Shown here piece by piece: positions 8,373-17,000 of a stretch of DNA of 64,000 nucleotides. This DNA comes from a virus. Lineage: Duplodnaviria > Caudoviricetes. Each line of letters begins with the position of its first letter. Positions within the stretch are counted from its first letter, which is position 1. The stretch covers positions 2,204 through 66,203 of the IMG/VR virus record IMGVR_UViG_3300008110_000042; one strand, 5' to 3'. The notes under the pieces are model-generated. The model saw only the letters and a list, made by a program, of their open reading frames with translations. It ran no database searches and was not told the origin of the DNA. The position numbers and the translations under genes were made by a program.

Positions 8373-8654
8373 TTAGTTAGATTGGAGTTTCATAACTGCA
8401 CCCGAATCACCACGGGTAAGATGGCAAACCTTCACTTCCCGCTGCCTAACATAGACACCGGAGAGAGAACCACTGGCATAGAAGAACAAAGCATCTTCTC
8501 GCCATTCATTGTGCCAACCAACACAATCATCCTCACCAAAGAAGTCTTCATTCTTCAGCAAAGAAACAAGATGTGCTGGCGTAAAGGGAACGAAAGAAAC
8601 ACAAAGAACTTTGTAATCTTCCGAACCATCAAGACGAAACTCAACAAGTTGCAT
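8373..8654 (-). CDS. hypothetical protein
   Basis: ORF track; AAAGGT RBS. Confidence 0.6.
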   Translation of the reverse strand: MQLVEFRLDGSEDYKVLCVSFVPFTPAHLVSLLKNEDFFGEDDCVGWHNEWREDALFFYASGSLSGVYVRQREVKVCHLTRGDSGAVMKLQSN

Positions 8655-8844
8655 TGTCTTATACCTTTCTCGGCATTGCCGGATAGAGCATGTGGTTTAT
8701 GTCTATAGTTATTCCTTACGGAATAGTTGGAGTCCTCACACAAGATCCAACATCACAAGGTTTACCACAAACCCTAGTTACTTCCACAAACCCAAGGCAC
8801 ACAAAGAGGGTGCTACTTGTTGCACGGATAGTAACTATTCGACT

Positions 8845-9233
8845 GAAAGATATACCATAGGTTTCCCTACGATATACCGCTATGATAACACCGACAGGTT
8901 ACATAGTTAGCCTGTCTGCAAGTCCTATATAAACCATCAACACTAGGGACTAATCGTGTCGTGGGAAAGATATACCATAGGTTTCCCTATGATATATCAA
9001 CAGGCTTATGATTCAAATGCTAGTGACTACCTGTGGCGTATAGCAAGTATGTGCAATGTAACGCCCTGCACACTAGACGGTAGATTCGAGAGTCATTTAT
9101 TATAGAGTAGGATAAAGCGGTACTTACCATAAGAGATGCCTTTAGTGCATGTTATGGCAACACATAGCCATCCTACCCAGATTGTGTAAACTCTCAATCC
9201 AAAGGTATACCATAGGCTTCCCTAGGGTATACC
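8845..9233 (-). repeat. three copies of a ~33-nt hairpin repeat (about 8845-8878, 8965-8998, 9200-9233)
   Basis: Minus strand: G(G/A)TATA(T/C)C(G/A/C)TAGG-GAA(A/G)-CCTATGGTATA(T/C)C-TTT. Confidence 0.85.
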
Positions 9234-9239
9234 GAATAA

Positions 9240-9518
9240 TCAGTACCGACCACGAGCCATGCGATCCAAGTTAGGCATATGCCCATGAGTATCACTATGG
9301 CGTTCCTGCCACCTTCCAGACCGTTCTCGCGTAGACCATGTAGGAACATAGTCACGCATCCTGCGAACATCCTCAATCGTAGCATGAATACCACGATGTC
9401 GGTGAATGAACACCAAAGCATCAGATACTGATACTTTAGCAAACTTGGCAAGCCTAGGGGCAAGCGTAGCCGCATCGTTCACCGAACGGACATTCGCCAG
9501 ACAAACCGCTAGATTCAT
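9240..9518 (-). CDS. early hypothetical protein
   Basis: Start moved to MNLAV, 6 nt after GGAGGT; GC-rich codon usage. Confidence 0.6.
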   Translation of the reverse strand: MNLAVCLANVRSVNDAATLAPRLAKFAKVSVSDALVFIHRHRGIHATIEDVRRMRDYVPTWSTRERSGRWQERHSDTHGHMPNLDRMARGRY

Positions 9519-9533
9519 AGCCATACCTCCGTT

Positions 9534-9584
9534 GGGTATTCCATCGGATACCCTAGACCATCTAGGGTACCCGAAGGAATACCC
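9534..9584 (-). promoter_or_regulatory. long intergenic hairpin, candidate RNase III site
   Basis: ~24-bp stem with one G.U and one T-T on the minus strand, directly before an RBS, as with T7 early RNase III sites. Confidence 0.55.
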
Positions 9585-9609
9585 CGCGCCGTAGCACGGG
9601 GTAATCCAG

Positions 9610-9924
9610 TTAGCGACCGTCGAGCAAAGCATCCAACTTACCCTGCGCCGACCGCTTATTCACGACCTTGCCGATGTACATCGTACCGACAGCCTCCCAC
9701 ATGAGGCGCTTCGTTTCCTTATCCATGTGGGGAACCGAATCCATGACGATGTAGCAAGCGCACCGAACCTTGTTGCGGTAGTGCTTGTGATCATGGAAAC
9801 ATTCCATGCCGTACTTCACAACATCTGCGAACATATCCGGGCGAACTGCGCCGGAATTCCGCGTCTTATCAATGGCTTCCTTCACGGCGCCCCGGAGCAT
9901 CGTACCATTCGTAGTAGACATCAT
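9610..9924 (-). CDS. probable first early protein (hypothetical)
   Basis: Start moved to MMSTT after GAGGA. Confidence 0.65.
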   Translation of the reverse strand: MMSTTNGTMLRGAVKEAIDKTRNSGAVRPDMFADVVKYGMECFHDHKHYRNKVRCACYIVMDSVPHMDKETKRLMWEAVGTMYIGKVVNKRSAQGKLDALLDGR

Positions 9925-9960
9925 GTAATCCTCGCTAGATTGCGTACCGATACCCAACGC

Positions 9961-10014
9961 GGGTATCGGCTAGGATACACTAGGTTATCCCTAGTGTACC
10001 CTAGCCGATATCCC
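9961..10014 (-). promoter_or_regulatory. long hairpin upstream of the first early gene, candidate RNase III site
   Basis: ~24-bp stem GGGATATCGGCTAGGGTACACTAGG / CCTAGTGTATCCTAGCCGATACCC. Confidence 0.55.
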
Positions 10015-10129
10015 CTACGAAAGAACGCAGGGGATACCAGCCACGCGAATCAATCGCGGGATTATCCGGGCGAATATTGAGGAGGCGTGCGCCTTATCGG
10101 ATGTAGGCTACCCTTGAGGGTACTTTCCC

Positions 10130-10397
10130 GCCGTCTCCACGCATGGTGCTACCCATGAACAGAGCGGAACCTAGTCCATTTCCGTGACCCCATACTCATA
10201 CCTAGGCTAGTGAGCGTTGACAACGCAGACCTAGGTACCCCTTTGGGTACACCGTAGACTCACCGTTATACTCCGGGAGAGTAGCGTCTACGAGACTTTC
10301 ATACTAGACCGAGTGACAGCCTAGAGCGGATCGGTAGACTCCGCTATACACCGATGATCGCCAGACCTTACCGCTCTAAATACTGCGGGGAGGCGAC
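10130..10397 (-). ncRNA. candidate ~270-nt structured non-coding RNA
   Basis: 14-bp terminal helix, at least 6 internal hairpins, no ORF in the track, weak sigma70-like promoter just upstream. Confidence 0.55.
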
Positions 10398-10401
10398 CAC
10401 T

Positions 10402-10430
10402 ACACTACCGAACGCCGGAGCCGGATGGAA
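10402..10430 (-). promoter_or_regulatory. possible host sigma70-type early promoter
   Basis: TTCCAT-17 nt-TAGTGT; the predicted start coincides with the 5' end of the structured RNA; weak consensus. Confidence 0.3.
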
Positions 10431-10449
10431 TGCTAAAGCATCCCAGGGT

Positions 10450-10940
10450 TTGCGTCCGATAACATCGTGGGGGCGTTCCTAGATTATCGGACGATGCCTA
10501 CAGAGGTTATCGGACACGGGCTAGCAAGTCCGATAACTCTGGCCGGGGGTGACGGGGGGCGCGCAAGGGGGGATCAGGGGGGATACCCCTTCGCTAATTT
10601 TTGACCCCTAAGTCGATTTCTTACGGGAGCTGTGGTCCCTGCCTTGTTTCTAAGGGGGCTAGGATGCCTCAGGATTGATTATCTGATTGAGGTCCACCCT
10701 GCGGTCCCCTTGGGGTCCGGGGCCATCCCTCCGGTCAACTGGAGGGAAATCGACAAGGGATAAAACCGGGGGGTTAAACCCCGGAGTGCTTGTTCCTATT
10801 GGGTTATTATTGTTGTTGTAATTAACAAGGGATATACCTAGGTTAACCTAGGGGTCTTAGCTAAGACTATACACAACAATAATTAAAACTATAGGGGTTA
10901 ACAGCTAAGGGATAACCTAAGGTTATACTATGGTATATCT
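10450..10940. other. probable genome-end / terminal-repeat / packaging region
   Basis: Non-coding, between the last late gene and the first early gene; G-tracts followed by AATTTTT; perfect palindromes CCTAGGTTAACCTAGG and GTCTTAGCTAAGAC; promoter copy at its edge. Confidence 0.55.
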
Positions 10941-10962
10941 TCATTAGCCCCAACTATTCGGA
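10941..10962 (-). promoter_or_regulatory. candidate phage RNAP promoter, copy 2 (phiOR-like position)
   Basis: TCCGAATAGTTGGGGCTAATGA, just after the last late terminator. Confidence 0.7.
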
Positions 10963-10974
10963 ATACATGTCGAT

Positions 10975-11016
10975 AAAACAAATGGGGCTACCTAGGTTTC
11001 CCTAGGTAGCCCCCAT
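10975..11016 (-). terminator. intrinsic terminator after the giant gene
   Basis: GGGGCTACCTAGG-GAAA-CCTAGGTAGCCCC followed by ATTTGTTTT. Confidence 0.75.
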
Positions 11017-11019
11017 AGA

Positions 11020-14000
11020 TTACTCTAACAATTTGCCTAATTCTTCTGATACACCTCTCTGGTCGTAACCCATAGTCTTTTGTTTACCTAAGGCTTTTTC
11101 TGCTTGAGCTGTCTCCATCACATAGTTGCGTGGAGCTGGCTGATTAACATCCAGAGATATAGGACGGAACATAGTTCCGGCTTTCTTCTGGTATGGGTAA
11201 GGTTCTCTTTGAACCATATCCAAGTATTGTTGAATAGCATTCATTTCCTTAAATACCTGAGCATCTTCCAATACTCGTACTGGAATTGCTACTGGACTAC
11301 GATTAACTAGGGAGGTAGGGCCAAACAAGTTACTGGCTTCCTTAACAGCGTTTATTGAAAAGGGATCTTCAATAAGTCGCTGAGCACTTCGGAAGTCAGA
11401 CTCTAGTGTATTCATTCCTGCTCCAGCACCAGCTGGTAGGAAAGGTACACCATAGTACTTATAAGTACCACCTGTTAGACCAGCTACAGTGCTTACACCG
11501 GATTCAAGGAATCCGTTGTATAGACCAAGGAATGGAACTCTGGTTAATCCACGAAGAACATACTGGCTTGGTTGTTTATCAAGTTCTTCCATTATATCTT
11601 CTGTTTCACGACCAGCTAACCATTCTTTGAACAAGCCTACAATTGTATCCATAGCGGCATATAAGAATATACCACCAGCTAAATACTTAAGTGTGCTTCG
11701 TCCACCGTAATCAAGAATAACATTGTCCTGATAGGACTGTACCCAAGAAGTAAGAGCATACCACATTCTACCTAGGGCTGACTTAGAATCAAGAGAAGTC
11801 ATCTTGTTAAGTCCACCCAATTCAGATGTAGCTGTCTTTATAATTAGGTCTTCAACCATGAAGGCATAAGATGAAATAGCTGATTCCATTACATCCATAT
11901 CAATACCTTCTACTGGGTTGTTTCTAAGATCTTCATGGATATCCATTAGATCTAGAATGTTGACTCGGCCATCTCTATGGTTGGCTTTTTCCATTGCCCA
12001 CTTAAGATGTCGAATCTGTTCTTTAGTTGTCAAGCCATACTTTAAGAACAAGGCAGCTTCGTTTGCATCACCAAACTTTGCTGTATGTCTTGCAATACCA
12101 GCAAACTCCTTCCACAACTTGGCTTCAGCTTTGGCATCAGTAGCCGCAGCTTTCTTTAACTCAGCCAATTGGGAAGCAGTTGTAGTCTCAGTCAAGGCAT
12201 CAAATAAAGTCTCAACTCTACCCTTGCTAATATCCCTCCAGATCATTCTCTGGATTCGTTGCTTAGCTAGAGCGCGTGTACCATTTGTAATTGCCTGTAG
12301 AGAACCAATACTTTGCATCCATTTACCAGCTTCTTCCAAAGTTCTGGTTCCTTTTTCCAAAGCACCTACACCATTCTTTACATTGATTATAGTGTCGTTT
12401 ACACGAGTTCCAAATCTTGAATCAGATTTGAATGCACCATATCCAATCTCTCCCATATATCTATTAGCTAGATCTGTACGGAAGCTTTCAAGAATAAAAG
12501 TCATGTCACCAATATCAGACTCCAATAGCTTTCGCTTTGAAGCACGATAATCAGCTAGGACATAACGCATAGCCTTAATAATGTTTTTTGGTATTGTATA
12601 TAACTCAGGACTTTGCTTAGCCAACTCAGTCATGGTTTCAGTGAAAGCTGAAATACCATAACCAGCGGAGAACTTAAAGCGGATTGCTGCCAATCCAATT
12701 CTAGCTGAGTGTCCTGTCTCTGACTTTAGATATGGCAAGGTATCAGCATTAAACTGATACTCTTCATACAATCTATTAAGACCTTCTTCCAAACTATTCT
12801 TTGCTGTTCGTAGTTCAGCTTCTGACCAGTCCTGATCCTTTGACAGATTATCAAAGCTATCATAAGTTTTCTTACGAACATAATTAAATACATCTAGAAT
12901 AGTAATACCTGTCTTACCTAACATTCGGTCAAGTTCTCTCTGGAATGCTAGCTCAAAGTATCTACCCTTTAGGAAATAGAAGTAAGCCTCTGCAAGATTA
13001 GTTCTAAGGATAGCCTTAGTCTCGGGAGTACTAAACATCTCTTCTGGGGTTAATCCCTTGATTGGTAATATAGTCTTACCTTCTGGATCTAACTTAAAGA
13101 AAGGTTGGTTATAAATAGAGTTAAAGTCTTTAGTGCTGTTATAGGGATAACTCTTAGTTTTAAACTTAAGCATCTCTTCCATCTCAACACGAACTAGATT
13201 TCTACCATCTAGTTTCTTTCGCCACTTCTCTATGTACATCGCAGTGTCTCCTTGGATAGCTGCTATGTACTTGGTCTTATCATGTGGAGCAAGATCTGTA
13301 ACTCTTTCTGGAATACGATAAACAGAATATCTGTCATCAAATTCCAATACAAAGTATTTCTCTGGATTACTCTTTCTAAGGAGTTTTAGAATATCAGATT
13401 TCTTTCCAGAGATTCCAGACTTAGTGATATCGCTCTCATGTAACTTTTGTAAAGTATCTAAACTAAACATATTAGCTGCTTCTGAATAAGTGATGGTTCT
13501 ATCAGGAGCAAATATATTTAATGTCTGGTCTTTCTCGTTGTATTCAACATCGAGCCAGCCCAAGACAATCAATGTATTGATGTCTAGTTTATCGTCCTTT
13601 AACTTTCTATTTGTGCGAACTTCTACTAGTTTATCCAGTAGATTACTACGAGCAGCCCTGTCTCTCATTATAGATTCAAGACCTTCGTGATCAACTTGCG
13701 TTGGTGCAAAGACATCAGGAGATATTGGATTACCATCTGCATCTACAGTTAACAAACGACCTGTGTTTGTTTCTAGATCCAGAATGTTTTTGTTTGCCAA
13801 TCTAGCAGCTTTTAATAATAGAGATAGTTGTTTTGTTATTGGCTCAGCATACAATGCTGGAATACCAAGAGCAACTATATCTGCTTTATTAGGCTGTTTG
13901 TTTGTAAACAAAGTTTCATAAGTATATATATCAAGTTGTGCTTTTTGATCATTAGTCATGCGTGGCATGATTGTATTGATTTTAGCATACTCTTTAAATA

Positions 14001-17000
14001 TACGGGTAATCAATCTACCTTCTTCACCTCTGAGTTGCATTGCTGTCTTAAAGGCAGTCTTTCCAGCACCTACCAAATGTCCTGTTTGAGTCTTACGATC
14101 ATCAAAGAAACGAGACACAAACGAAAGTAGTGGAGCAACACTTCGCAGAGTATCACCTTGTCGTGATCCATTCTGTGTTGCATTCACACTCTTGTTCATT
14201 AAGTTTTCCCACCATGTTCGACTATCTCTTTGGTTTCCACCAAAGATTGCTCCAACAAGATTGTTAACTCTTAGTAAACGAGAAGTACCACTCTCTACAT
14301 TATTGATTGCATTCTCAATAACTTTTTCATTTGGTAACTCAGGCTCGGGTGCTGTTGGTTCTGGTGGAATCTCAGCTTCTTTAATATCTTTAATAACAGC
14401 ATCTGTTGATGGAGGACCGGGAATCTTTGCGTCTATTCCGGCTTCATCAATCAAGGATTTAACCTTTTTTGTTTTGCCGTTTAAACGATAATTACCTGCT
14501 TCATCTACTTTAGTAAATACAATATCTTCAGGCAATACAGGAATTACAAATTCTGGTTTGCCTTCAATTTGAATTTCTTTTGCTGCTTTATCTAAGAGCT
14601 GACGATAGGTAAGTGGTTTCTTTCCTGCTGGTCCTTCAGTTACTTTTACTCGTAATGAATCAGACACATACAATCTATCAACCGCTTGCCAGAACTTTGT
14701 CAGTATATCTTCACCAAGCACACGCTTATTTGCATCAGCAATAAACTGATTTACATTTACATAGTGTGACCAAAGCATTTCAAACATTGGGGTGACAGTC
14801 TCTGAGCCATCTGGTTCAACCTTTGATTCCCAATATTTCTTTAGGAACTTTCGGAGGAATCCAGAATCCATTCCAGAAACTCTTAGCAACTCAATGTCTT
14901 CATTAAACTTGCGTTCAATCTTTTCTGCTTTAGTTGTTTCAACAACATCAGTTGGAATTTCTTTGACAGTTGCAACTATCTTCTCAATAGTTGGTAGTCT
15001 AGTTTCTCCAGTTGGTACTGTTGTTGTTTTAGATTTTGGTTTTCTTGGTACTCTAATTTTTTTAGTAGCAACAGGTAAACCTTCTTTTTTCTGTTTAGGT
15101 GCATCTATTCTTGGTCTGTTAATAACATTTATAACAGGGGTATTATCAGCAGCCTTTGCAATCTCTAACATCTTAGGTTGTTCAGGCACAGCATCAATTA
15201 CAGTTGCTCCTAACACTGGCAGATCTGAAGTTGTTAAAGGAATAACAGAACCATCTTTAAATACTAAAGCATCAGAACCAATTCTACTTGCTGTCTTTTT
15301 TACACTTTCAAGTTTTACTGGATCTGCTGAAAGTATATCAGCTGACTCAACATCCATCTTCAATGGACGCTTTGGAGTAAAGCCGATAGCTTCTTTCTTA
15401 CCAGAGTTTGTTCCATTGAGAATAGCATCAACTTGTTTAGCAGGACGAATAGTTTGTTCTGGCTTTTTACCAGTAATAGTTTCTTCTGTTGCTCTAAATA
15501 GTGATGCTTCTGTTTCTGGAATAGTAGGAGTTGCTAGTGACTCTGGATTCTTATTCTTTAAGCTTTCAGCTAAAGCTTGAGTCTGTCGTATACGCGAACC
15601 AGCTTCAACAATTGTTCTTTGTTTCGTAACTGGTTGAACTCTTGTAGTATTTTTAATTTCCTTATTTGCTTTTTCTGCATTCTTTCTTGATTCTTCAATA
15701 GCTTTCTTTTTATCATTATCTAGTTCACGAAGCTTTTGTCCAGCTTCATTTAGAGTTGATTCAAGTAGTTTATGCTTAGCAACTTCTTCAGTAATAAAAA
15801 GTTTTAGGGTGTTTAGTCTAGCAGTAATAGCAGCTCTCTTAATAGCTTTTCCAAACAGCTTTTCAGATTGTGCTGCTACTTTAGAGTCTGTACCTAAAGC
15901 AAGTTTTGCTTTTAATAAAGATACAGCTTCAGGCGTTAACCAACTACCATTAGATGCTTCATGCCACTCTAAAGCTTTTTGTAAATAGACATCACTAAGT
16001 TCTGCTTTACCTAGTTTCTTTTTCTCATACAAATTAGCTAGTCTATTAGTTTGTACTGGCTTTTCATTTGTGCCTTCATCAGAATCAACATTGAGTCTTC
16101 CAGCTCTTTGGTCTTTTCTTTCTTGATCTTTAGTTGCATTCTTACCAGTGGTTGTTAAATAAGCCATTAGATTATTAATAGTAGCAATATCACCATTAGC
16201 AACTGCTAGTTCTAAAGATGCTGTTCTCTTTTCACTTACCTGAATGACAGTATAAGCGTCTATTAAATCTGGACGAAGAGTTATAACTTTAATCAAAGCT
16301 TCTTCTAAGTTATCAGTAGTCACTACTTCTGAGAGTTCACTAGCAGCTTTTTCTTCTGACTTTAACTTTGTTGCTGAAGTAGACTCAGCTGCTTTCTTTC
16401 TTTTTGACTTTGTTGTAGGTTTGTTTATTACCCACTTACCAGATCCTTTGGTTTGCTTTACTTGATCGGTATTAATCATATCATATAAAGTACCAATGAA
16501 TTCTTCAGGTGATTTACTACCAGTCAAAATTTTATTTACAATAGCTTCATCTATATTAGCAGCCGCTACTTTAACTAATAGACCTATGTCAACTTTGGTA
16601 TCTTTTAACATTACAATATTAGCTAAAGCATCTTCTTTATTTTGCCATCTTACAATATCTTCAGCTGGAGTATTATCTCCATCTAGTTTATTGAATAATG
16701 GTAGACCGTCTTTTAGAATAGCCATTCGCATTTCATCTGTAATAGGTAGATAAGGCTGTTTACCTATGCCATTAACTTCTTGTAGTTTTACAGAGGTTTT
16801 ATATTTCTTGCCAATTTTGTTAGCAACTTTTACCATTATGTTTTCATAGAACTCTAGATAACCAGTAGCACCAAACAACATAGTCCCACCTTCTTCAGAT
16901 GGTTTTATAACAAAAGGTTCAAATACATTATCACGACTACTATCTGTAATCTCTTTAGCTTTTGCTTTACCTACATAATTATGCAGTTCATTTGCAGAAA

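Noticed and set aside
8880-8962. Hammerhead ribozyme
   Set aside because: A three-way junction is present but the CUGAnGA and GAAA core is absent.
8845-9233. CRISPR mini-array
   Set aside because: Only three copies, spacers of about 87 and 200 nt that are unequal and self-structured, and no cas genes in the window.
9519-9632. N-terminal extensions of track ORFs (9240-9632; likewise 9610-9957, 60926-61393, 63131-63880)
   Set aside because: They run through hairpins or neighbouring genes; better starts lie downstream.
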